A stretch of DNA of 55,219 bases from Chromera velia (GCA_018398765.1 JAHBMJ010000199.1:1-55219); one strand, 5' to 3'. Shown: positions 1-17,872, counted from the first letter of the stretch. Numbers and translations: made by a program. Notes: generated from the sequence alone by a model not told the origin.

Positions 1-489
1 TTTGGAGCAAACTCATGAAGAAAGCAACCACAAATAGTGCGTTTTCATAAAAAAGAAAAAGAAGAAAGAATGAAACAAAAGAAAGCTTTTTTTTATTTGT
101 ATTTTTCCTCTGAGCAAGGGCAAGTAAGGATGAGTGAGGGCCTGATCTCAAGGCTCAGAGCCTAGCCCCGTCATATACCCTAGCTCTCTTCTTCACTCAC
201 CCCCTAGCTCACCCCCACACACAAAATGATAACGGAGGATAAAAAAGAAGAAGAAGAGAAAGAAGAAGAGGAGAAAGAAGAGGAGAGAGCAGGCTCCTTA
301 CAGACTTTGTCTCACTCGAAGTTTAACTTAAAAATCGACCCTGCTGCAAAGAGAAGAGGTACTCATACTCCAATGGACTTGATTCCATGCAGCGCATGCA
401 TGCGTTGTCGAACGTGCGTTCAGTGACCTCTGTATGCATGTAGCCGATTTTAAATTTTTCTCAAAAATCGGCTGATTGGATTTGTTCCG

Positions 490-562
490 TATGCGTGCAC
501 CGCGGCCCGGCAACACGCGCGTTTGGGGCCGCGGGGAGCCGCAGGGGCGGGGCAGCGGCGTG
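490..562. promoter_or_regulatory. Short GC/CpG-rich island preceded by TGCATG motifs (candidate promoter or transposon terminus)
   Basis: CGCGG/GCCGC-rich patch in AT-rich surroundings, similar in composition to the islands at 18140-18365 and 35940-36030. No associated gene was identified. Confidence 0.25.
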
Positions 563-1289
563 TTGCAAGGCCATAACGCTGACACTTTTCACCCAATTCC
601 ATTCAATCAGGTGCAAAACAGGTGCATCAGGTGCATCTGGTGCAAAACAGGTGTATCTGGTGCAACTTCTTGTTTTATACCTTTTCTGAGATGCACCTTT
701 TCCAAGCCCTAAAAATGAAATGAACTCTAGAATGAACTGCTGTTCTAGACTGTCGTTTGATTTGATTTGATTTAATTTAAGGATAGACTTAACCTCATTG
801 AAATCAAATCTGGCTGTTTGACAAGACCTGTCTAGACCCGCTTATCAAATCTTAATCAAATCTGGATCAAATCCTAGATTAAATCTCTAGCTAGATCTTT
901 AGTCGAATCGATCTGCTTTTGAACCTAGTTTTGAACTTTAAACTAGACCTTAAATCTGAGCTGGTTGGGGATTTTAGAAAGGACCAGAGAACGCTAGAGA
1001 GAACGGAACCGTCGAAACGCTATAGAACGCCACCGTGGCACGGCTTTGCATACCAGTGGTGCATACATTGTTTACTTCAGCTTGGACTTCAACAGTTATT
1101 GCTATAAAAAAAAGTTATAAGAACTCTTGATGAGCCAGTCTTGCAGCTTGCCTTTCCAGACCTAGTTCCACACCGATGATACTGCATAGAACTGCTAGGG
1201 CCGCTGGGCTCTAGAGACTAGTATCTAGGCTAGTATAGAACTATTATTTCATTAGTATAAGTGCGTATACTAGTATGTGATATTTTATT

Positions 1290-1721
1290 AATATGATGAT
1301 TGAGGATTAAATCCTAGATCCGCGATGCCACATCCCAAGCCACTAACAAGGCTTTGAGGATAACCTAAAGTACACATTCATGGGGGGAGGTGGGAAGTGG
1401 AAGAAGCTTGCATGCTAATCAAAACGATTCTACTCAATTTACCTGATTGACATAATGAACCCTTTTGAGACAGTTGGCTAGTGCTTTTGAGCCGCTTCAC
1501 GGCAGGATCGTGTACAACAGCAACACTATCTCCTTTATTTTCTTCTCATTATTTGAAGTGCCTCTCCCTGTTGCACCCGCAACGCGTTGTATGATTTTTA
1601 CTCTTATATCAATAAACGTTCTCTGCTTTACAATTTCATACAGCTCTTTCAACCTGCTCTGCTCCCTTTTGGAGTCTTTACATTCCGTCAGAATATGAAC
1701 CTCATCCTTGATCATATGCAC
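1290..1721 (-). mobile_element. 3'-terminal fragment of a LINE (C-terminal Zn-knuckle half plus 3' UTR)
   Basis: ORF 1497..1721(-) contains KDEVHILTEC, matching EDKIHVLTEC in the C-terminus of the plus-strand LINE at ~9960-9992. The left boundary is approximate. Confidence 0.5.
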
Positions 1722-3207
1722 GCGAAGGGGACAAACATTTATTACAAAGACGTTCTGGTTGAGTCCTATCTATATCTTCCCCTATGAGAGCCCTGAGAAG
1801 CGTACGAAAGCCTGCGGAGGACTGCAACAGACTCTTTGGAAGAGAGGAGGCAAGGCAGAGATTCAAAAGAATGGAAAGAATCACAAGTTAGCTGGCAGAG
1901 AAAGGAGGAGAATGGAAGCTATGGAACCAGCTGAGCAAAAAGAAAGAGGTAAGAAAGGAAGATTTGCTGACTGAAGAAGAGATAGTAAGAGGGTGGGAAA
2001 AATAGTGGAAGAAAGATGAAAACAAAGACGCAGAAGAAGAAATTATGAAAACCATCTCATGCATCTTCGAAACATTGACAGAAGCAAAAGAATGGAGGAT
2101 AGAAACAAAGAAGGTGCATGAAGGATTGAAAAAAAACGGAAACCCTAAGAAAGCGGCAGGAAAAGATGGCATGCCTCTGGGTGTGCATGGTGTAATGGCA
2201 AAGTCGGCAACAGTGGTCGAGTGTTACCATGTATTGATAAATGTATATGCTCGTTTCACATGGTGGCCATCTGGATAGAATGATCTCGTGATCTTCGTAC
2301 TTCCCAAACCAGGGAAGCCGCAGAACATTCAAAAAGGATGGAGACCAATCCACTTAGACTTAGCCGATACAAAATGGAGGGAGTTGTACGTGAAGGATGC
2401 GGTAGAGACGGAGGGAAGGCAGAAACGGAACCATATGCAGTTCGCCCACAGTAAAGGGGTAAGAACCTTGAATGCAATTTTTCTTTTGCTTCAATCGATC
2501 ACTCGTCTCAAGATTTTTTTTGTTTCTTTTATTGATTTTACAAGTGCATTTGATGAAGCATCTCATAATAGAATGCCTGAACAGTTGGGAAAGCACGGGG
2601 TATAGGAAGAGACCATTAAGTGGGTATGTGAGTCGCTGCAAAATATCAGAGCAAGGGTGAAGGGGAGTGATTTCTGGTTTTGGAAAGAAAAGGGGTCAAA
2701 GCAGGGAGGTCCGGCAGGACCTTCTCTGTTTAAAAGATATATAAATGACATGCTAGCAGACATTGGAAGGAGGGCAGGCCTTACTGGGAGGGGTCCCAAG
2801 CTCCAGAAAGGCCCCAAGGGTGCGTAAAAGAACTTGCCTGTCGGGCTTTTTGCTGACGACACGTACCTTTAATCGATAGAGACTGGAAAGGCTTCTGAAG
2901 GCCGCACTGGAGGAGTATGCGAGGCCTTTGAAGCTCTTTCTGTCAGATAAGTCAAAAATAATGAAGTTTGGACAGAAAGTGGGGGAAAAAAGAAAACGAT
3001 TCACATTGGGTGGGGCAGAGTTAGTTTAGGCAAGTAAATATCTGTACCTTAGCCTTCTTTTAACAGAAGATTGCTCCACAGATGCAATGATGAGAGAGAG
3101 AATGATTATAAGGCAGAAATACTCTTTTTTGCATTGAAAAATAAGATCAGTGCAGGAGCCTTAGGAGAGATCCCACCTGCAACTTGTTTTTAATGGTTCA
3201 GGCAGAC
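1722..3207 (+). mobile_element. Decayed non-LTR retrotransposon (LINE), RT region; left part of the element interrupted by the Gypsy insertion
   Basis: Ordered non-LTR RT motifs across stops and frameshifts: KAAGKDG, LPKPGK..GWRPIHL, FIDFTSAFD, GVKQGGPAGPSLF, LFADDT. The 5' boundary is approximate. Confidence 0.9.
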
Positions 3208-3503
3208 TGTAAACAGAATACGGGGCTTAGAACTCTCAATGCTAACGATGTGCATTCAGAGTTTATAGACTATAAGAGTTTGACCTAGAGAGGTTCGTAT
3301 ATTGTTCCTTCGATCAAGCCAGTCCAACGATCGTTAGCACTCGTTAGCTAATTCAAATGCATGCAGATCGATGTCACTTTATTCAGTCCTATGCCAGGCC
3401 ACACTTATTGAAGTCCGTGCGCGCATCGCCGCGGCGCCGCCGGCCTCGCGGCTCCGCCACTCTGCGGGCCCATCGCGTACTCGCCGCTCGTAGCCGGTCT
3501 ACA
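3208..3503 (-). repeat. 3' LTR (296 bp)
   Basis: Direct repeat of 8783-9081 with 18 substitutions and one 3-bp indel; TGT...ACA termini. Confidence 0.96.
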
Positions 3504-3518
3504 CCTGCCCGTTGCTTC
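3504..3518 (-). other. Polypurine-tract-like primer site
   Basis: GAAGCAACGGGCAGG on the minus strand directly abuts the 3' LTR. Confidence 0.7.
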
Positions 3519-3843
3519 GAAACCGACGTCCACGCTCGGTTCCAGTGCCTGCACATATCCATAACTAATCAACCTCGTGGCATTGATTGATAACATGCAC
3601 CTGCACACTTTATCGAACCATAAATGAACGAAACAAGTCGGAATACAGAGTCTGACACCCACACTGCCACCCTGCATCTATGCATGATGTAGGATAAATT
3701 TGCTTTCTTCCTCGAATTACTTACCAGGGAATTTCATCTTCCCAAAACTCGCACACATGCATTCCACTCCACAAACTTCTTAGTTCTGCCCATACTGATT
3801 TCACCTCTCTACTTCTTAATTGCCACCTACACCTGCCCGTTGC

Positions 3844-6800
3844 TTACTTCTCTTTCTCCTGCTGTCTCTTCTTTTCTTTGAAGGCATGTAATGCCTCCTT
3901 TGCATGTGTCAGGTTGACAGCAGGCTCCCATAATGCATTCTCTTTACTTTCTCCTTCTCACCACACCAGGTAGTATACCTCTTTGTCTATCTTTCTGTGG
4001 TCAAGAATCTCTTTTACTTTATACTCAATCTCTTTTGATACAGGCAACCGAAGAGCAGGCAGAGGATCATCCTTCCTTCTCTCATACTTCTTCAGGTATG
4101 ATACATTAATCACATTGTGACCCTTCATTCTTGCAGGGAATATGAGCTCATACGCGTTGCTCCCCACCTTTCTCTCTACCTTGAATGGTCCATAAAATAC
4201 AAGCTCAAGCTTCCCGCTTGGCTTCCTGCTTCCCTTAAAATATGCATTGCGTACAAGCAAAAAATCCCCTGGAGCAAATGAAACCTCTTGTCTGTGTGGA
4301 TCTACTTGTCGAGCTGCTTGTTCTCTTACTTGTTCAAGTCTCTCCTTTGCTCTCATGATTTCTGCTTCTCTGCGATCTACAAAGTCTGCTGCTGGCAGAC
4401 AGAATGACTTAAAACGTACAGAGACAGAAGGCAGGCAAATCGGGTCACGTTCGTACAGAAAACGAAAAGGAGACATACCTGTAGCTGGATGCACCGAATC
4501 ATAATACGCAAACTGACAAGAACACAACCACTTCAGCCAGTCCGTTTGATGCTCGTTCATGAAACAATGCAATATCTGTTCGATGGTCTGGTTGTCTCTC
4601 TCTGTCTGTCCATCTGACTCAGTCTGTGGGTGTCTTCTTGTGCTCATATTCAATTTTGTGCCCCACAGCCGAGCGAGTTCCTTCCAAAATGCAGAAAGAA
4701 AACGAGGATCACGGTCACTGACCACTGATTAGGGCATCCCGTGCTCGCAGACAATCCTTTCAAAGACTACCTCAGCTGTCCCTTCCACTGTAATCTCTTG
4801 TGAGACTGCAGTAAAGAAAGGAGTTTTAGAGAGGTGATCAACCACAGAGAGGATTCTATCTACCTCTTCTCCTTTAAACACCACCCTTGAGAATCCAAAT
4901 ATAAAATCAAGAGAAACCTTGGAAGAATCAGCCGCAAATGTCGAGGACCAGGCACCTCTTTCTCAAAGTTTTTGTCAGGGTCTTCAATTTGGAGCCTTGC
5001 TTCAAGCACTTCCTTCACCTCCGTCTAGAATTTCTCTTCTTCATATCCTTTCCTTATCCTTTCCAGTAATTTCTCATCTGGCTGCACTCTTGATTCCATT
5101 TGCAACAATTGACACACTTCTTTTCTTTCTTTATCTTTTTCTTCTTTCTGAGCGTTCACCCCAGGGCACCTGCTCAGCGCATCTGCCATGCGATTCCGAG
5201 CACCGGGCATGTACCTTGGGGTGATCCCGATCTCGTCGAACATGCTGATAAATCTGCGCATATGTAGAGACATTAAGGTGCGGTCAGCGGACACATTCAC
5301 ATATTTGAGAGACTCATGATCTGACTACACCTTAGTTGTGTGACTAACGTATGGTCTCCACGATTTGACCGTAAATACGCAGGAAAGAAATTCTTTATCT
5401 CTGATCGGATACTTGAGCTCTGCTTGTGTCATTCTACGTGATGTGAATGCATATGGACGGAGCCAGCCGATCTCAGGATCTTCCTGCATGAGCGCGGCAG
5501 CGAGCGTTTCTGTTGATTTGCACGCATCCATAAAAATTTCGAAGGGACGCACAAGGGCAGGAATATAGAGTTCGACAGTATTCTTCACTGCTTGTTTTAC
5601 TGCTTTAAAGCTTTCTTCCTCTTTCTTCTCCCACTCAAACGATTTGTTTCCCTTTAGCAATGCATATAAAGGGCCTGCTTTCTCACTGAATTGCAAACCC
5701 AATTTGCAAACCGCAAAAATGAAAGCACTTCATTTCGGTTCTTGGGAGTAGGCTACTTACTGACTTGGTCTGTCTTGCTCTGCTCGGGCCGCACTCCGGT
5801 CCTGGAGATCTTCAGCCCGAAAAATGTCACCTCATTCTGCATGAAATGGCATTTCAACAATTTTGCATACAATTTATTTTCACTCAACAAACGCAAAACA
5901 ATTCTGATATGTCTCTTGTGTTCTTCTCTTGTACGTAAATAAATCAGAATGTTATCCAGAAAAACTGAAACAAAACGGTCAAAACAAGAGTAAAGAGTAA
6001 ATTGAATCAACCTCATCGCTGCAGGAGGCGTGTTTGTCAACCCAAAAGAAACAACCAGCCACTCAAAAGAACTATAGCGTGTAGTAAAAGCTGTCTTTGG
6101 GATGTCTTCTTCTCTGACCCTCATTTGGTGATAATACTGCCTGAGGTCCAGTATCATGAAGAACCGGGCCCCATGCAATCGATCAATCAACTCTTGCGGG
6201 TGAGGGAGAGAATGCTTGTCTTTGATAGTGATGCGATTGAAGCTAGTATAGTCACAAAACATTCTCATTGAGCCATCTTTCTTTTGTATAAAAAGAACAG
6301 GCGCAGCATAAGGAGAAGCAGATGGTCGGATGAATCTTTGTTCAAGGCATGTATCTATCTGTCTTCTCAGCTCATCTGTCTCTCCCACTGACAGCCGATA
6401 AGGCGGACGGGCAGGAGGTGAATGACCGGGCTCAAGTTCGATTTTGAAATCCAAATGAGGTCCTCTTGATGGTGGCAGATGAGAGAGATGATCGGGAAAA
6501 AGAGACGCATGATCTGCCACAATTCCTTTCACATCTTGAGAAACATCCGCATCTGGTCGAGAGAGAAAAGCACGCACGTCCAACAAATCAGGGGCCAACC
6601 AAGCAGGATGATCAGACGGAAGAGAAGAGAGAAAGTCAGAAGAAAGAAAATCAGAACTTACATTCCCTCCATCATTCATTCTCCCCTTTCCTTTTCCCTC
6701 ACTCACTTCAGTTGTATGCACGAAGCACTCCTGTTCCCCCTCTCCTGCAGGCCAGTGTGCCGTCTCCATTCTCACGATGTGGCAGACAGTACCTTTTTGA

Positions 6801-8703
6801 ATTGCTCGTTTGGCCTACGCAGAAGAAAGGACAGGAGGGCAAGGTCGATTCTCTTCACATGCACCCCCCCAAATAATGACTTCCTGGCCGTTAAAGAAGA
6901 AACAAAGAGAACGAGACCAATGACCAAGTTCTGGTTGGTGAACGTCACTCCATTTTCTTCCTAAGATGGCATCATAGTCGTCCAGGTCAGCCAGCAATGC
7001 ACCGACTGTCTCTTGATACCCTTGAATATGAAGGGGAACATGCATCTTCACTGACTTCTCATCCTCTGGGCTCCTTCATGGCCACCCTACATCTCATCGG
7101 GGTCCCAAACCTGCGAATATGCAACTGACGCAGGTATGCAAACTTGCTATCAATGAAAATATTATCAGCTCCAATGTCATACAAAACTCTGACTGGAGCA
7201 CCCGCAACAGTACCGTGATAAACAAAACCAGTGTCAAACGAATCATCCTCATTATCCTCTTCCTTACTTAATTCTTCATCTGTTCTCTGCCTTTTATCTT
7301 CCTCAACTTCATAACGTACCGTCAGGTCGGGTTCGACCATGGTCTCGTCATTCTCGTTTCGGCCTCTGATCGTCCTCACCCCAGCTACCCGTCTTGATCC
7401 AGCCTTGCACGCTGGTTGATGTCCACTCAGCTGAGGTTGAGACGATCCACCAAAGGAGAGAGACAATGCACGTCTTCTGTCACCGGAGCCAAAGCCTCTT
7501 CCAGGTGACATGGGTGAACTTAGACTGTCACCTCTCTATCCAGACCTCCCTCTCCCCCCTGTAGGTTGAGTGACTTGATTGATGGAATATGGGAAGGGAA
7601 GGAATGGGTAAAGAGGAGGTAGCCAGGGGTACCCAGGCGTTGCCCCAAAACCCGGAACGAAAGGGGCAAGTCCTGGAGATGCCCTGGGTGGCCACGGAGA
7701 TCTGGATTGAAACGTCGTTTCAATGGTCCACATATATAGAGGAAGTTGAGGTCCATTCCTATACGCAGCCATCATGTGGGTGTTCTTCCCACTGTGTTAC
7801 ATAAAAGACACCGATTCAGTCTCCCCCTGCTCTCCCACACCGTCTGTGGAATCAATGGGTATCGGGGTGGAAGTCTTCTCAAAGGTCGCACCCCAACGCC
7901 ACACAATTCCATGGGAGCCGGTCCTGTGGGATTAATCACCGGACTCGGATCAAATGGGGGTCCTCACGACCAACGGCTTCAAGAGCGCGAACTGGCCTGC
8001 TTAAGCCAGATTTCACTGTCCAACGCCTTCTCCATTGCTTTGTCTAATGTTGCCGGCTCCATTCTGTCAGTCTCATACATATTAATCCTGGGCGGCAAAC
8101 CCTCAATATAATTCTCTATGAGATCCTCCTCACTCGCATTTGTGATCTTCACCGCGAGAAGGGAGAATTGCTTGTTGTAGTCGTTGACCGTTCCTGTGCA
8201 CCTGAGGGACAACACCTGCTTTCTCGCCTTCCTCCTCTCATGTTTCTCTTTATACCTGCATCGTAGCACCTCACGCAATGCAGGCCAGTCTGCAAACCCC
8301 ATGCCTCTCTTCATACGTAAGTCGAACCAGTCCCTCAGCTCCTTGCACAGGAAGGACTTTGCGAGGCCAAGCTGACGATGAGGAGCAACATTCGCATTGG
8401 TAAAGTAGTCCGACTTGTTAGTATCCATGATAAACCTCTCCACAGTGTCGCGGCGTCCATGCAGTGAACTCGTCCGGCTGCTTCAGTGCAATCTAGGGAA
8501 GCTGCTCTCGCAGATCAGGGCCCTGAGAGGGCATGACAAGCTGCTGTGTACCCTCCTCACTCATTGGCAGCACCTGAGGAGGCAACTGTGGGGGTGGAGC
8601 TGCAACCCTCGCCACCAGCCCCTCCATGGTCTGCCGCATCATCTCTTGGGTCTGCTGCAGGCTGTTCGTTTGTCAAAGGAGCCAAGACTGGAGGTGGTTC
8701 CAT
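3844..8703 (-). pseudogene. gag-pol of the chromovirus, disrupted by stops, frameshifts and an apparent deletion
   Basis: Gag-like ORF 7979-8443; protease VLYDIGA (degenerate D-S/T-G); RT motifs SPYAAPVLF, KTAFTT, FGLTNTP, FLDNIL (degenerate YxDD); RNase H motifs DAC..L..ALMQ, YPIRDKE, ADALSR; integrase motifs SDRDPRF, HPQT..DGQTER, GPFKV; chromodomain YKVKEILDHR..YYLVW*EG..ENALWEPAVNL; terminal TAA at 3844-3846. No HHCC zinc finger is visible between RNase H and the integrase core (~4925-5020). Confidence 0.93.
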
Positions 8704-8761
8704 GACAACAACAGAATTCAGACTGAATACAAACGAATCAAAAAGCCTGTTCGAAACAGTT

Positions 8762-8779
8762 ACCTGGCTCTGGTAACCA
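8762..8779 (-). other. Primer-binding site resembling the tRNA-iMet type
   Basis: TGGTTACCAGAGCCAGGT lies 3 nt inside the 5' LTR and is close to the classical iMet PBS TGGTATCAGAGCCA (one extra T, one substitution). Confidence 0.75.
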
Positions 8780-8782
8780 GAT

Positions 8783-9081
8783 TGTAAGCAGAATACGGGG
8801 CTTAGAACTCTCAATGCTAACGATGTACATTTAAAGTTCATAGACTAATATAAGAGTTTGACCTAGAGAGGTTTGTACATTGTTCCTTCGATCAAGCCAG
8901 TCCAACGATCGTTAGCGATCGTTAGCTAATTCAAATGTATGCAGATCGATGTCACTTTATTCAGTCCTGTGCCAGGCCACACTTATTGAAGTCCGCGTGT
9001 GCATCGCCGCGGCGCCGCCGGCCTCGCGGCTCCGCCACTCCGCAGGCCCGTCGCGTACTCGCCGCTCGTAGCCGGCCTACA
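8783..9081 (-). repeat. 5' LTR (299 bp)
   Basis: Direct repeat of 3208-3503; adjacent to the PBS. Confidence 0.96.
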
Positions 9082-10676
9082 CAGATAGTGTGTGCAGTTT
9101 GGTCATACGGCTATGAAGTACATTCACACTCGCAGGATTCAAAGCGTTTGCAGAGTCTGACAGACTGCAAAGAAGATTTATTCGATGGATGCTGCAATTG
9201 AGAGAGAAAGAAAGCATACTCACTACTTTCCTTGAGGCAGGCCTTCTTCCTATCGATCTAGTAGTTGTACAGAGAACCCTGACATGGACAAAGAAGGTAA
9301 TCCAAAAAGGAAGAAACACACCGATAGGCCATGCACTCATTCAATCATTACAAAAAGGAGTCGATTCAGAACTGAGAAGAAAAAAGCTTCACCCCTTTCA
9401 TTTTTTTCCCCACTTAAAGAAATGTGTTGAAATACTTTTTACAAAGATAAGAAGCCATCCCTTCTAGATAGGAAGAGAACCAAAAGCTGCAGGCAGACAA
9501 CCTTCCTTTAAGAGAAGAGACAGAATAGTAAGGTGGATATTAGAAGCGCTGAAAAAGGAAGAAATTACAAAAAGGAAAAAGGAAGCATTTGCAGAGAGAG
9601 TTGAGAGGTCAGTACAGAAAAGAGGAAAGGCTGAAAGGGAAGAGCTGAGAGAAGATGTCATGCATCCTATCCATGCGTCTCTATCCAACGGAAATTGCCT
9701 AAATCTGTGGCTTCACAACAGCAAAAATAGAGAAGATACAGACAGAAGCATTTCATTAGATAGAGATAAGATAAGGAGAACTCCCATCTGCTATACAAAG
9801 ATAGCTCCCTGGCCTATCCACAGAAGAAGGGCTGTATTTCGGGTGGGAAAGAGAAACTTGAAGGTAAACAGGGGGAAGTTCTCAATAAAAGGAGACAGAG
9901 GGACCCCATTGACAGAAAGGAAATGTATGGTTTACTCTGACTTGCTTGACATTCAAGCAGTCGAAGATAAAATTCATGTGCTGACTGAATGCCCTCTGCA
10001 TGATGGAGAGAGGGCAGATTGCTTACAAGCTTTGATGACATATTGGAGTTCGGTGAAAGGGAGAGAGGAGAGAGCTACAAATAGCAACAGATGGAAAGTG
10101 GGTAGTGAAGGGAAGGTAGACAAGATCGCTCTATTCTCTTTTCTTTTAAATGAGGCCGACAAGAATGTCGATACCTTTTTGAAAGACGTCATGATCAAAA
10201 GACAGGTAGTGAGAGAATAGAAAAGAAAAAAGGGAGACAATTTGAGTCAAACTTTAGGAAGAGAGTTCGATAGGCTGCATCATGAGACTTGGAAAAGTGA
10301 AAAAGAAAGAGAGGAAAGAATTAAAGAGTATAAAAGGGTGTGGAGTAATATAAAGGAAGCAAAAAAGGAGGGAAAAAGAAGGAGGATGGGATGTTGGGAG
10401 GTTTTGGAACTTGCTTTGAGCCGTTTATCTACAATTCTGGGATCGTTCCCTTGCAAACCCTACTTTGGAATGGAGTGAGCCCTCTCGCATACACACGCAG
10501 GTGATTGACTGTTCAATATGATCTGTTCGCGGCACAGGCTAGAGTTGCTAGACCTATGCGGGCTGGCTAAGGAGGTCTGATGCGTCTAGGCGCTTTCCCT
10601 AAAAGCCGTACGTCGGACATTCGGCATTGGGGCAGGAGGCCAATCCTCCGGACATTAATCCTAATCCTAAATCCTA
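9082..10676 (+). mobile_element. Right part of the interrupted LINE: post-RT region, C-terminal Zn knuckle, 3' UTR and (AATCCT)-like tail
   Basis: Purine-rich coding-like sequence resumes directly after the TSD; RKCMVY...EDKIHVLTEC is a degenerate CCHC motif; ends in TAATCCTAATCCTAAATCCT. Confidence 0.82.
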
Positions 10677-10864
10677 AAATAATTAACGCACTGGGTTACG
10701 CTGGGTATGGAGTAAGACAATGGTCTTAAAAAAAGCAAAGATGGATGATTGTGTGCCAAATGAACCGTGTTTTTACAAAAATTATAAGTTGAAGTCCTCG
10801 GACCAGGACCGTTGATTACTAGGTTAATCAAGAGATTAAAGGTAGTCAGGCTTAATCAAAGATA

Positions 10865-10919
10865 AACATGATATGGACTGCTAGGAGCTCGGCTCCAACG
10901 GCTTAGTCATTCATTCATT
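10865..10919 (+). mobile_element. Retroposon 3' tail, GGAGC-NNN-GCTCC hairpin plus (TTCA)n family, divergent copy
   Basis: ATGGACTGCTAGGAGCTCGGCTCC...TCATTCATTCATT resembles 39316-39401 and the reverse complement of 32238-32330. Confidence 0.55.
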
Positions 10920-10927
10920 TGCCGTAT

Positions 10928-11144
10928 ATCTATGGGTCGGCGACTATTGCAATAGTTAGAATAGTGAACCATTTTAACTATTTTCTGATAGTCGCTTCAT
11001 TTTTAACTATAAAATAGTAAGAATAGTAACTATTTCAACTATTTTTTCTAGTTCAAGTTATAGTTTACTATTTTGACTATAAAATATAAAGGTATAGCTA
11101 TAGTTGCTATAGTCAACTATTTGTTGACGAACCGACTCATAGAT
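10928..11144. mobile_element. MITE-like element (~217 bp)
   Basis: 13-bp terminal inverted repeat ATCTATGGGTCGG / CCGACTCATAGAT (1 mismatch); AT-rich interior with many ACTAT(T)/(A)ATAGT motifs. Confidence 0.65.
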
Positions 11145-12020
11145 GACTAGCAGTTGCCAGTCTGGCTGATATTATTCTATACAGACTAATATAATACAGT
11201 GCTGTACTAGTAGGGCACCACTAAATTACTAATAACTAATCACTAATATTTATTTACTGAATCGATCAAAAAATCAAACGTGTGATTTGAGGAACAACTC
11301 TTTATGCATGCACTGAGTAGATGAAAAAAAAAACACTATTCTGCTAGTTATTCTGTCGAATTGAAGTGCACCCACCAAGTCAGCCAGCCAGCCAGCTCTG
11401 TGGCCTTACGCTTCTCCTGCCACCTAAAATTGAATATACGCGTGTATCATTATACTATCATTTCCTTCCTCATCATCTCCTAAGCGCTGCGTCTTCCCCA
11501 ATTCAAGACGCACCAAGAAAATCGATCACCCGGCAACAGCGTAACAGCTAGAGAGTTGCAGTCAATCGTCTGCCACATTCCTTCCTGCCTCACTATTTGC
11601 ACCCCTTTCCGCAGATCCCCACATACCCCTCGGGGAATGAAAGGGCTTGCATTGAACCAATGAACGCTTACTTATTCTTCTCTTCATTCATCGAGCATGC
11701 ATGCAGCCCCATGCATCCGCCCAGAATCCGGAAAGATGGGACAGAAGGATCAGTGGCTCGCTCAATCGATCGATTGATGACTAAGTGAACGAATCAGACA
11801 GACCGACAGGAAGGCAGAATGGCCGAGGGTCTTCTTTTCATGTAATCTCTTCGATAACCTTTCCTCCGCCCAAGTATTTTATTTCAGAAAAAGTCCCGTC
11901 CTCGACCTTGCTCAAGGCTTCAAGCAAGCACTTTTTCTTCTGCATGTTCTTCATTTTCTTCCTTTCTGGATACATGCAAAACTCATCAGATCAGACCAAA
12001 CCAGAGTAGATCAGATCACA

Positions 12021-17872
<5,852 letters not shown>

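Larger units (their letters stand above)
3208..9081 (-). mobile_element. Ty3/Gypsy LTR retrotransposon of chromovirus type, full length but defective
   Basis: Two ~297-bp TGT...ACA LTRs; flanking 5-mers CAGAC (3203-3207) and CAGAT (9082-9086); PBS; PPT; domain order gag-PR-RT-RH-IN-chromodomain on the minus strand. Confidence 0.97.

Noticed and set aside
606..665. Short GGTGCA-based iterated repeat
   Set aside because: Real but short and irregular; no evidence for a function or element boundary.
1293..1305. 13-mer ATGATGATTGAGG shared with 34500-34512
   Set aside because: Too short and low in complexity to establish a relationship between the two retroelement 3' UTRs.
3958..3960. Programmed readthrough or selenocysteine at the TGA in the chromodomain
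   Set aside because: The element has many other inactivating lesions, and TGG>TGA fits the G>A mutation pattern.
10656..10676. Telomeric repeat
   Set aside because: Only about three irregular AATCCT units at the end of a LINE, with the same tail at 32413-32440; better explained as a retroposon tail.
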